Below are positions 55,732 through 63,914 of a stretch of 64,000 nucleotides of DNA, in pieces (positions within the stretch are counted from its first letter, which is position 1; every line of letters starts with the position of its first letter). A program made the position numbers and the translations under genes. Source of the stretch: an uncultured Acidobacteriota bacterium (GTDB taxonomy: Bacteria; Acidobacteriota; Terriglobia; Terriglobales; Acidobacteriaceae); NCBI GenBank assembly GCA_963832365.1, contig CAWHUL010000030.1, positions 85,222 to 149,221 of the forward strand, written 5' to 3'. Below the pieces are notes generated by a model. It worked only from the letters and a program-made list of their open reading frames with translations, had not been told where the DNA came from and did no database searches.

Positions 55732-55774
55732 GTGTCACTCTTGCCATTAACGGACCAAGATTGCCCATGAATGA
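55732..55774 (+). repeat. direct repeat copy 2
   Basis: Same two blocks as 55268-55330, followed by hairpin CCCTGACTCGAAAGTCAGGG. Confidence 0.8.
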
Positions 55775-56114
55775 CAAACCCTGACTCGAAAGTCAGGGTT
55801 CAGTAGGTAAGTTAGGCCCGAGTTGATAATGCAGTGTGTTACCAGGTGGAAAGGTATACGTCAGTAGATCCTGTGTCACACTCTGCGCCTTCTGCTTAGG
55901 TTGTGCAAGTTACAGCCGTAACCTGCTCCGCATTGACCGTTAGTACCCGACGTAACTTGCGTGGAGATATCGGCACGCGATACTTTCGGATTGCACAGAG
56001 AATCTGCTGTGTTCGGGCTGGATGGGATTCGCAAAAGGTATACCCCGAGAACAAACTCGGTATCCAGCCCGGCGGTGACTAGCGGGGTATACCAATTACC
56101 GAATTAGGTTAAGA

Positions 56115-56156
56115 GAAGCTGACATCTTTGGGGGAGGATGTCAGCTTCCTTTTTTT
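56115..56156 (+). terminator. strong rho-independent terminator (plus strand)
   Basis: GAAGCTGACATC-tttgggggag-GATGTCAGCTTC followed by C and T7. Confidence 0.85.
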
Positions 56157-56238
56157 GTTCTCCGATTGCAGAGTTATTGATCGCGCAGTCTCAACCGCCG
56201 CAACTTGTTGCCGAGTAGTTGTATCCCACAAGTCAGAT

Positions 56239-56400
56239 TGTCATGGTGAGCGCAGTCGAGCCACCTCTTGTTCCTCACCGCTGAAGAACAAAAGATGGCT
56301 CCACTCCGCGCCCGACCAGCTTCTTGCTGATCGAACACATATCAGGTACGCGGCGTCGCTGCTCCGACCACAGGCGCTCGGCGCTCCGGTCGCCATGACA
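56239..56400. repeat. MITE-like unit of the GTCATGG(C/T)GAGCG family
   Basis: TGTCATGGTGAGCGCAGTCGAGCCACCTCTTGTTCC ... GGCGCTCGGCGCTCCGGTCGCCATGACA. Confidence 0.75.
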
Positions 56401-56466
56401 TCTACCTGGGATCTTGGATACGCCGACAGGGGAACTGGTCTAGTGCCTTCCCAATGCGTTCGTCCC

Positions 56467-56793
56467 TTACTTTCTGCCGATGATCACTCTTTGGGGCGAA
56501 GGGAAAATGTCATGCAATTCGACCGACCGGAATCCTGCGTTGCCAAACATGCGTTCCAGTTCGCTGAACGTATAGGCATCTCCCGAAGGGGTGTTTGCCA
56601 GCATCATCAGCGAGAACTCGGCGGGGATCGGCGTCAGGCGATCCTCGTTAGGCACAAATTCGACCGCAACCGCACTGCCTCCGGGCTTGAGTGCGCGAAG
56701 TACCTTTCGTAACAGTGACTCGTTCGTTTCCGCGTCGAAGTGATGCAGAAAGTTTGTAAGCAGCACGATGTCGTAACCGTTGCCGAATTTCAC
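56467..56793 (-). pseudogene. C-terminal fragment of a class I SAM-dependent methyltransferase
   Basis: The 108-aa ORF has only the post-motif part ([40 protein letters not shown]...). The upstream sequence ([11 protein letters not shown] preceded by an in-frame TGA) shows no intact SAM-binding N-terminus. Confidence 0.55.
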
Positions 56794-57187
56794 GTCGAAG
56801 GCACTGCCCTCAATCGTGCGGTAACGGTTTCAGCGCAGCGCCCCTCTCGTACGCGCGGTCATGGAATCGAAGAACCGTGTCGGGAAGGGCTGCTCCATTG
56901 CCGCTGGTGTTCGCGACTGAGCGCGGACTTGGTTTGTGCGTTTCTGGACATGGGGTTAACCTCCGCAATTCGATGAAGAACAGCGTTACTTTGACTCCGC
57001 TCCTTGAGAAGTCCGTCTCCGCCGCTGGGTTGCGGCAGGTAAGCTGCTCGCCTGAGTCCTTTGAGATCAAACGTATTTGTGATCAAACGCGAAGGCGGTC
57101 GTTCAGGACAGCCGGACACTAAATGCGGGTTCTGGTAAAGTGTCCACTCCGGTAAATTGATATGAGAGAATGAGGTTACGTCGCAAC

Positions 57188-57264
57188 GGCCCTGTAGCTC
57201 AGATGGATAGAGCAGCGGTTTCCTAAACCGAAGGTCGGGTGTTCGACTCACCCCAGGGCTACCA
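57188..57264 (+). tRNA. tRNA-Arg (anticodon CCT)
   Basis: Manual fold: acceptor GGCCCTG/CAGGGCT (G1-U72 wobble), D arm GCTC-AGATGGATA-GAGC, anticodon arm GCGGT-TTCCTAA-ACCGA, variable loop AGGTC, T arm GGGTG-TTCGACT-CACCC, discriminator A, encoded CCA. Confidence 0.9.
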
Positions 57265-57333
57265 TCCCATCTCATTGAAATCGCACTAGATAACGGCAGG
57301 GGATGCCGGGCGATTCCTCAAAAGCGTTGACAG

Positions 57334-58548
57334 TTAGTTGACAGATAAGGTTTCCGGCAACGCATCTTCAAGCCTTCCCATGGCTTGCACGTTCTGTTCA
57401 TCGCTGGTTTTCACGTAGTACGTGACAGTCGTGCTCACGTTGGCGTGTCGCAGGATGCTCTGAATCACCTTCTCAGGCACTCCCAGCGCATACAGGTTGC
57501 TTCCCAGCCCGCGCCGTGCAGCGTGCCAGCCGTGCCACTTCGGAAGGGAATCGTCCAGCTTGAAAACGTGGTCGGCCTCGTCGTGTTCCGATTCGTTCTT
57601 GCGGCACTTCTCGCAACGCTTCAGTGCGGGCAAAATCTCGCGGTTGAGCACGTTGTTCAAATCTTGCGGTGTTTTCTTTGTGTTAGGGAACATCGTTCCA
57701 CTCTGCGGATTGCCGCAGCGCAAACGGTACATTTCGAGTCGCGCCGCCAGTTGCTTGATGACGGGCACAGCGCCTTTGCTCCGTTCCGTCTTGGGGTCGT
57801 TTACGTGACCTTGCCAGATGGCGCGCGTAATACGGAGTGTGCCGTCTTGGTAGTTCTCCCAGAGTAAGCCTTGTATCTCGCTCTTTCGCAGACCCGCGAA
57901 TGCGGCCACAGCGAACACGGCAGCGGCACGCTCCGGGAGTACCGCAAGCATGGATTGAATCTCGTCCAAGCTGTAGGCATAGGTTTCTTGGGGCTGCGGA
58001 GCCTTTGGACTAATCCCGGTGTCTCGGACAGGGTTCTCGTTCAAGTAATAGCCCTGCTGCCTTGCCAGCTTGAACACAGCGCTAATGAAAGTCTTGATGT
58101 GCCGCAGTGTGTTCCGTCCAAGCTTTCCTGGTTTCGCCATCGAATCGAGCCACGATTGAACGTCGAAGGTGCGAACATTTTTGAGCCATTCGCTCCCGCT
58201 GCGGGGCTTCAGGTGGATGTTCCAGATGTCCCGGTAGCCCTTCTGCGTGCTGGCCCGCTTGAACTGTTCCATGTGCGGGAAGTAAACCCGCTCCACAAAG
58301 TCGGTCACGGTCAGAACGCGCTCCGGGGTTTTGTTGGTGACATTGGCATCTTCCACGATAGCCTTTGCCAGTTCCTCTATGGTGAATGGTGGACGTTTGC
58401 CGCGAGTGGTCACCGGCCCTACCTGCTTGGCAATCCTCGCGTGCTTCACTTCGCCGTGCTCGACACGATCCTCAAAATAGCGCACGTACCAGAAGCCGCG
58501 CGCCTGGAAGATCGTTCCTGTTTGTTGGCGTTTCTTTCTCACGGTCAC
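57334..58548 (-). CDS. tyrosine-type site-specific integrase
   Basis: 404 aa. Catalytic region AGLRKSE...WHGWHAARRGLGSNLY...LRHANVSTTVTYY (R, HxxR, Y). Confidence 0.9.
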   Translation of the reverse strand: MTVRKKRQQTGTIFQARGFWYVRYFEDRVEHGEVKHARIAKQVGPVTTRGKRPPFTIEELAKAIVEDANVTNKTPERVLTVTDFVERVYFPHMEQFKRASTQKGYRDIWNIHLKPRSGSEWLKNVRTFDVQSWLDSMAKPGKLGRNTLRHIKTFISAVFKLARQQGYYLNENPVRDTGISPKAPQPQETYAYSLDEIQSMLAVLPERAAAVFAVAAFAGLRKSEIQGLLWENYQDGTLRITRAIWQGHVNDPKTERSKGAVPVIKQLAARLEMYRLRCGNPQSGTMFPNTKKTPQDLNNVLNREILPALKRCEKCRKNESEHDEADHVFKLDDSLPKWHGWHAARRGLGSNLYALGVPEKVIQSILRHANVSTTVTYYVKTSDEQNVQAMGRLEDALPETLSVN

Positions 58549-58763
58549 TTTCCTTTCTCTTGTGCTTGTTTCCGCTTCCGCTCACGCGCTGCGACGGCGA
58601 GCTTTGCTATTCGTTTCCGCTCCGCAGCCGAGAGACTAGCGTTTCTCGCTGCTGCTGCGTTCTTGGCAATCTCGGAGCGTTCGGCGCCGGAAAGACTCTT
58701 GGCCCGTGCCTTCCCGCCCAACTTCCCGAGCGCCACTGCTGCCGGGTTCTTTTTCTCTGTCAT
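58545..58763 (-). CDS. small basic protein with internal duplication
   Basis: 72 aa. Two units of about 20 aa (SLSGAERSEIAKNAAAARN / SLSAAERKRIAKLAVAARE). Overlaps the integrase start by 4 nt. Confidence 0.45.
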   Translation of the reverse strand: MTEKKNPAAVALGKLGGKARAKSLSGAERSEIAKNAAAARNASLSAAERKRIAKLAVAARERKRKQAQEKGK

Positions 58764-58821
58764 GCGGAAACTATCTCGCTTACCGTTAAGCTAGTCAAGA
58801 GGAAAGTGAGATTCGGCGCAA

Positions 58822-59022
58822 CTATTTTCGTCTGCTGGTCCACCACTTCAGCAGGGCAGGGGATTGCCATTCAAAGCGGACGTACCTGCCAAGCCGGACA
58901 GTAGGAATCGGATCGGCCGCACGGTCGCGGGTGTGTTCTCGAACCCAACTCACCGGCACGCGCCAACGCTTCGCCAGTTCACTTGCATCCAGAACCTCGA
59001 AACTCTGGTTATCTGTCAACAT
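58822..59022 (-). CDS. excisionase/AlpA-like helix-turn-helix protein
   Basis: 66 aa. LDASELAKRWRVPVSWVREHTR...IPTVRLGRYVRF is typical of the excisionase-family HTH. Confidence 0.65.
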   Translation of the reverse strand: MLTDNQSFEVLDASELAKRWRVPVSWVREHTRDRAADPIPTVRLGRYVRFEWQSPALLKWWTSRRK

Positions 59023-59254
59023 CGTGTCAACGCTCCAATTTTGTCTTTGCCGCTCAATGCTTTAGAAGTGAGCAGCGGTTACACTAACCAACAGTCCGTG
59101 TCGCTTTGCCTTTGGCGGACCATCCCCGTTGCGAGCGCGTGAGTTTCGCGACCAGTACGCGCGCGCGCGAGGGAAGGCCCGCCCCTTGGGTGTGTGCTGG
59201 AGTGAGCGGTTCACCCTCGACCCCGGCAAGGGCCGAAGCTTCAAGAGCTGACAA

Positions 59255-59770
59255 TCACTCTCTGGAAACCTCTGTATCTGTTCCGTTTAATCGTTGCTGT
59301 CCTTGACTGTGTGACTTGCTGACTGAGTGACCCGGAAAACCCGTTTCCCACTGGACGATTCGCCGCACAACTGAATACGGCACCGGCCCTTCCGTGTCCC
59401 CAATCTCCACGCGCGCCAGGCGCCCAACAAAGACCCTCGGGGAGAGTCGATCTCCGCGCGCTGGCGGCCCGCTGTTGGCCCGTATCCACTCGGGGAGATA
59501 CTTGCCCCGCCGTGAGGCGTGAGGCTTGTCACCGGCGCCCAGCGGGAACCACAGAGGCACGCAAGCAATCACGCGCAACAGGTCATCCGTGAGCACATCC
59601 CAACGCAACAGGCAGAGCCAGCGACGGAAGCCAGGGTCACGGTATTGCTTCCCCCATTTGCAATAGGCCCGGTACTCGCCGGGAGCGATGCGCGGATAGT
59701 TTCTCCACTCGATTGCGTCTGAGTCGGCCCGGCGCTTGCGCGCCGGACCTTCCCGCTGTGTGCCCGTCAT
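59255..59770 (-). CDS. hypothetical protein (island)
   Basis: 171 aa with no recognised motif. Overlaps the upstream ORF by 4 nt, which suggests translational coupling. Confidence 0.4.
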   Translation of the reverse strand: MTGTQREGPARKRRADSDAIEWRNYPRIAPGEYRAYCKWGKQYRDPGFRRWLCLLRWDVLTDDLLRVIACVPLWFPLGAGDKPHASRRGKYLPEWIRANSGPPARGDRLSPRVFVGRLARVEIGDTEGPVPYSVVRRIVQWETGFPGHSVSKSHSQGQQRLNGTDTEVSRE

Positions 59771-60114
59771 TGCGCACCGTCCCGCTCAGGATCGAAGCGG
59801 AGCCAATACCGCGAGAGCACGCGGCCATCGGCGGCACGTTCGATTTCGTTGTGAATAACGAAACCATGCGAGCGAAGTTCATTGAACCGCGCGCCGTGCT
59901 GGGCAATCCCGGCAGCCATGATTGCCGGCAACTCGACTGACCTTCCTTGGAAGCGTGCTTCCCGCAACATCTCGACCAGCAGGTCTGCTTGAGTGGGGGC
60001 TCCGCGTTTTTTCCCCGCCTTGAAAAGTTGCTGCTGTCTCGGTGTCGCTTCGTGGTTTCGCCACAAGCAGCCTTTCGCCGCCGGGCTCTCTAGAGGCGTG
60101 CTTTTCTCCGTCAT
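59767..60114 (-). CDS. putative winged-helix/HTH DNA-binding protein (island)
   Basis: 115 aa. The segment LPAIMAAGIAQHGARFNELRSHGFVIHN resembles HTH proteins of mobile elements. Confidence 0.45.
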   Translation of the reverse strand: MTEKSTPLESPAAKGCLWRNHEATPRQQQLFKAGKKRGAPTQADLLVEMLREARFQGRSVELPAIMAAGIAQHGARFNELRSHGFVIHNEIERAADGRVLSRYWLRFDPERDGAQ

Positions 60115-60617
60115 AGTCCACCTCTATGCTGCTGTACCCCTCCTGAGACAGAGGCGGCGGTCTCTGGCGTCTGAAATGGGCTTGCTGGAGAGATTTGTTT
60201 GGTTCTGGCGCGGAGTCGCATCTGCGCAAGGCGGGTGAGCAGGGCTGGCGTAGTTCTGCGTTTCGTCTTGATCCGCAGAGCCGAGAGAAAGAACGTGCTG
60301 GCCCGGTCATCGGTAGGGTCGAAAGCGAACGTCGCCTCGTCACCGCCCAGACTGCCGGCTATTCGTTCGCCAAACTGTTCGGTGATTGCCTTCCGAATAC
60401 GCGCTGCGCGGGTCCGAGAAAAGCTCCCGTATCCCCAAATGGAGGCGATCAGGCGCTTGCCGTCGCCAAATTCAATAATGTCACCGTGTCGCCCAGAGAC
60501 AATCGCGTCGTTGCAATCGTCCCGTCCGATGCGGAGTCGATGCCGCTGCGCGAAACGCTCGATCAGATTGCCCGACTTGTTTCCCGGCGGGTGATTCCGC
60601 CGAAGCCCGCCGGTCAC
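60111..60617 (-). CDS. hypothetical protein (island)
   Basis: 168 aa with 4-nt overlaps on both sides. No recognised motif. Confidence 0.4.
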   Translation of the reverse strand: MTGGLRRNHPPGNKSGNLIERFAQRHRLRIGRDDCNDAIVSGRHGDIIEFGDGKRLIASIWGYGSFSRTRAARIRKAITEQFGERIAGSLGGDEATFAFDPTDDRASTFFLSALRIKTKRRTTPALLTRLAQMRLRARTKQISPASPFQTPETAASVSGGVQQHRGGL

Positions 60618-60877
60618 CGGGCACCGCCTTTCTCTAGGCGGCTCGCAGTTCTGCAGAGTGGCAGGTAAAGCTCCCGCAGGCCAGAAGCCAGGGAGCGGAA
60701 GTGTTCGCGGTCGAGTTTGTCGTTAGAGGCTTCGCCGGCAGCGTCTAATTGCCGTCCAGCGCGATTGATGTGGGCGAGTGCCCGCTGGAGGCGACGGCTT
60801 GCAAGACGGTTTGAACTTAAGGCAGAATGCTCTTGATTCAAGGCAATCTCCATCGGCGTCTGGCTCGCCCCTTCCAA
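60614..60877 (-). CDS. hypothetical small protein (island)
   Basis: 87 aa helical-looking ORF at the head of the overlapping gene chain. Confidence 0.3.
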   Translation of the reverse strand: MEGASQTPMEIALNQEHSALSSNRLASRRLQRALAHINRAGRQLDAAGEASNDKLDREHFRSLASGLRELYLPLCRTASRLEKGGAR

Positions 60878-61042
60878 GAGCGCCGGGCGCCGATCGTGTG
60901 TTTAGTTCGGCAATGCCGCCGAACTGGAGAGAGTGTGGGCGTGAGCACCTGAATCGTCTAGGGACGGATGGGACAAATGAGAAAATCAAGAATGGGGGAT
61001 TGAGAAGAATTGGGAAGAATTGAGAAAAATTGAGAACTGAGC

Positions 61043-62548
61043 CTAAGTGTCCTCCTCGTTCTCACCCTCGAGAAGCTCAAGGACCAATTTGGTTGGTATC
61101 ATGCCAGATACCGCAGCGGGCCTGAGCTTTCCCTCGTCAAGCCACCTATAGATGGTTGATTTAGACCTTCTACACGCCTCGGCTGCTTCTTGAACCGTGA
61201 GCACTCTAAACCGCTCAGGGTCGCGTAGCTTATCATTCACTGACGCCCACGAAGATCTCCTAGACTCTACAGACTTACGTACCTTTTCTGTCTCGGTCAC
61301 GTTCGCACCGCGAGCAGGTGCTTCTGAACTTTCTGAGGGTGGGGACGACACACCGGCAGGCGCCCTCGAAACAGAGATGCCTTCGCACTCTTCGAGGCCA
61401 ACCGTTGCGCATAGCACTGATTGGGAAAAGCAAGCTGAAGATTCGCAAATACGAGGGATGGAAACCTTGTCGTCCTCTTTCACGAGCTTGTAATAGTCTC
61501 CCCAGCGGTATGGCTCATCAGTGGTTTGGGTCTGCTCAATTCGTCGACATAGCTTCCGAATCCAGAGCTGCAGGCCCGAGATTTCAGGCGGTCGGTCCTC
61601 GAACGCTTCACCTGCAATAGAAGCAAGCGCCATAAACCGTTCACGAAAATCTTCTGGACCGTTCCAACTAACTTCCCACTCTTCGCTCGCGTTCGAACCA
61701 TTCAGGGCGCGCGAGACACGCAGCCAGTTGTCGGGATAAGCAGGTTCGCGACTGATTTCCTCTATAGAGAGCTTAAGAAAGCCAGCATATATCTCCTCCC
61801 ACAGTGCCGTTCGACTAAGAGATTCGAGTGGTTCGGGCACCGCTTTGAACGGAGGAGGCAGCATGGCCTGCTTGGCAAGTTCTGTGTAAGCAGCACCGTA
61901 CTCTTGCAAAACTCTTCTCGCCACGTCTCTCGCAAGTTGCTGGCGATATTCGTCCCGTACTGAACGCGATTTCTGTTCGTCCCACAGCACCCATTGTTCT
62001 TTTTCGTCATATCGATCCCATCCCGCAGGATGCATGCTAAGGAAGCGCGGTATTGGTGAGTTGTAGTCATAACGCGAACCCTGACAAGCCATTCCGATCC
62101 AGAAATACGCGATGCATGACTCGCCAAACAAGGTGTGCAACACAAGCGCTCTAGCCCACTCGAGCGGGTGCATACTGAGCAAGGTGGCGTTTGCCCTTCC
62201 AATATCGTAAAGCTCTCGGAAACAGGATGCTGCCAGCTCACTTGATCCGTAACTGAACGCAGAAAATATTCCTTTGAGCACTGCGGGAGCTGTACCTCTC
62301 GAAAGAGTTTCGTCCACCTCTTGGAGCGCTCTCGAGCTAAGTCCCTGTCGATAGTCTGACCATCGCGCTGCATAAACACGCTTGGTTGGACCATCGATCG
62401 AGTCAGAATGAAGGCTGGCAAAGCAGTAGAGTGCGGTCGCTTTTAGATAATGCTCATCTTTTCCGTACAACGTGCATATTATGTGGTCTACTGCGGGCAT
62501 CAACTGCTGGGGAGTGAGTAGTTCTCGCTCATCAGGTATGCCGGCCAT
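61043..62548 (-). CDS. orphan 501-aa protein with C-terminal excisionase-type HTH
   Basis: No recognisable catalytic motif. The C-terminus, RVLTVQEAAEACRRSKSTIYRWLDEGKLRP, is an HTH_17/excisionase-like motif. GC looks lower than its surroundings. Confidence 0.55.
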   Translation of the reverse strand: MAGIPDERELLTPQQLMPAVDHIICTLYGKDEHYLKATALYCFASLHSDSIDGPTKRVYAARWSDYRQGLSSRALQEVDETLSRGTAPAVLKGIFSAFSYGSSELAASCFRELYDIGRANATLLSMHPLEWARALVLHTLFGESCIAYFWIGMACQGSRYDYNSPIPRFLSMHPAGWDRYDEKEQWVLWDEQKSRSVRDEYRQQLARDVARRVLQEYGAAYTELAKQAMLPPPFKAVPEPLESLSRTALWEEIYAGFLKLSIEEISREPAYPDNWLRVSRALNGSNASEEWEVSWNGPEDFRERFMALASIAGEAFEDRPPEISGLQLWIRKLCRRIEQTQTTDEPYRWGDYYKLVKEDDKVSIPRICESSACFSQSVLCATVGLEECEGISVSRAPAGVSSPPSESSEAPARGANVTETEKVRKSVESRRSSWASVNDKLRDPERFRVLTVQEAAEACRRSKSTIYRWLDEGKLRPAAVSGMIPTKLVLELLEGENEEDT

Positions 62549-62933
62549 GCGTCACCCTTCCGTGACCTTCCCGTTTTGTGGAGTGACCTGGAAGGCGGGG
62601 ACGGGAAGGCGCCCCGCCTTGTCGCCGCCGATGATCAGTCAGCAGCTATCCGGCTCAATGGGATAGTACCGCGAGAGGCGCTACAGCGACAGACATTTGC
62701 GAGCGCGGCAGGTCGGCCGGCACGATTACCGCATTACTTTACGGTAACGATGTCACTACCTACGGCGGACAACTGGCGAAACTCGTTGGCGGGTAACCTC
62801 TTACACGAGCAACAATGCTGGGTCAAGTTGCGACTATAACATTACCGGAAGTAACTAGAATCTGGACAGTGCGCAAGCGTCAGCCATTTAATTGCCTCGG
62901 CGGGCGCAGCGCTGAAGCACCCCGGTTCCGGCA

Positions 62934-63155
62934 TTAAATTTCGCGATGGTTCTTGGCGATGACGATCAATAGTGCGTCATCGGCGCCCAACTTGCGAAGC
63001 CGCTCTTTGGTCCCATCGGTCAGTTCGAAGTTAACGCCGTACCATTGCACAAGCGCGGTGACTCTTTCGGGTGAAACGCTTCCAATAAACACCTTAGCTT
63101 GCGAGCGCAGGGCAATCAGAACACAATAGCAGCATGAAGCAAGAGCGCGCGCCAA
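62934..63155 (-). CDS. hypothetical small ORF (doubtful)
   Basis: 73 aa. Overlaps the 5-prime end of the divergent ORF 63134 by 22 nt. Confidence 0.25.
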   Translation of the reverse strand: MARALASCCYCVLIALRSQAKVFIGSVSPERVTALVQWYGVNFELTDGTKERLRKLGADDALLIVIAKNHREI

Positions 63156-63625
63156 ACGCGACAGTAAGCCTCGGCCGGCATAAGCGGACCTGTTCGGTCT
63201 GTGCCCACCAGCAGCGCGCTGAAATTGAAGGCGCGTTTATCGCATGGCGCAGTCCGGCGGCAATCGCCGAAGAATACGGGCTCGCGGACAGAGCCAGCGT
63301 CTATCGCCACGCTCACGCGCTTGGACTCTTCCAGAAGCGCCAAGGGAATGTGCGGGCGGCGCTGGAGCGCATCATTGAAAAAGCGGGCGAAGTGGATGTG
63401 ACCGCTTCCGCCGTTGTCGCGGCTGTGCAAGCCTACTCGAAAATCAACGCGGCGGGTCGATGGATCGACCGCACGGAAACCGTTTCACTGAACGACCTTT
63501 TCGGAAAGATGACGGACGCCGAGCTCGAGACTTATGCCCGCGATGGCACCTTGCCGGACTGGTTCACCGTCACCGTAGGCGCAACAGCAGGCGGCAGTCG
63601 GGAGGACGAATACGATGGCAAATAA
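63134..63625 (+). CDS. putative Zn-ribbon/HTH DNA-binding protein (island)
   Basis: 163 aa. CSVCAHQQRAEIEGAFIAWRSPAAIAEEYGLADRASVYRHAHALG is a CxxC plus an HTH-like segment. Confidence 0.4.
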   Translation: MKQERAPNATVSLGRHKRTCSVCAHQQRAEIEGAFIAWRSPAAIAEEYGLADRASVYRHAHALGLFQKRQGNVRAALERIIEKAGEVDVTASAVVAAVQAYSKINAAGRWIDRTETVSLNDLFGKMTDAELETYARDGTLPDWFTVTVGATAGGSREDEYDGK

Positions 63626-63914
63626 AGGCGCACAGAGGCGCCTAGGCGCCACAGATTCGGGGCCGAAGCCTGGAAGCTACGCACTTGGCTCTGTGGAATC
63701 GCGGGTGGCTGCCAGAGCGATGCTCGACGCCAGAGAAGCCATAGAGGTGGCAAGAGTGCCAGGCATTCTTGTCCGGTTTATATCCCCCGGAGTGCCCATT
63801 GACGAAAGCAAGTGCACCTGCAAGCGCCTGAAGGCTGGGACGATTGGATTTTGCAGGTGTTTTAGTGGCGAACCGGACGGGGCCGGACGTGGAATCTCGA
63901 CAGTGAGCAGCTAG
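63615..63914 (+). CDS. hypothetical protein (island)
   Basis: 99 aa, overlapping the previous ORF by 11 nt. Cys-rich C-terminus CTCKRLKAGTIGFCRC. Confidence 0.3.
   Translation: MANKGAQRRLGATDSGPKPGSYALGSVESRVAARAMLDAREAIEVARVPGILVRFISPGVPIDESKCTCKRLKAGTIGFCRCFSGEPDGAGRGISTVSS

Noticed and set aside
55800-56110. tmRNA, RNase P RNA or SRP RNA next to the island
   Set aside because: No tRNA-like acceptor/T-arm end, no GGAAAGTCCGG-type P4 core and no SRP domain IV motif were recognisable. It is kept only as a generic ncRNA candidate.
56128-56712. 194-aa ORF on the plus strand
   Set aside because: It runs through a palindromic repeat unit and antisense to the methyltransferase fragment. It has no coding features.
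57871-58794. 307-aa ORF on the plus strand
   Set aside because: It is antisense to the integrase and the 72-aa gene. The integrase frame carries the R/HxxR/Y catalytic signature.
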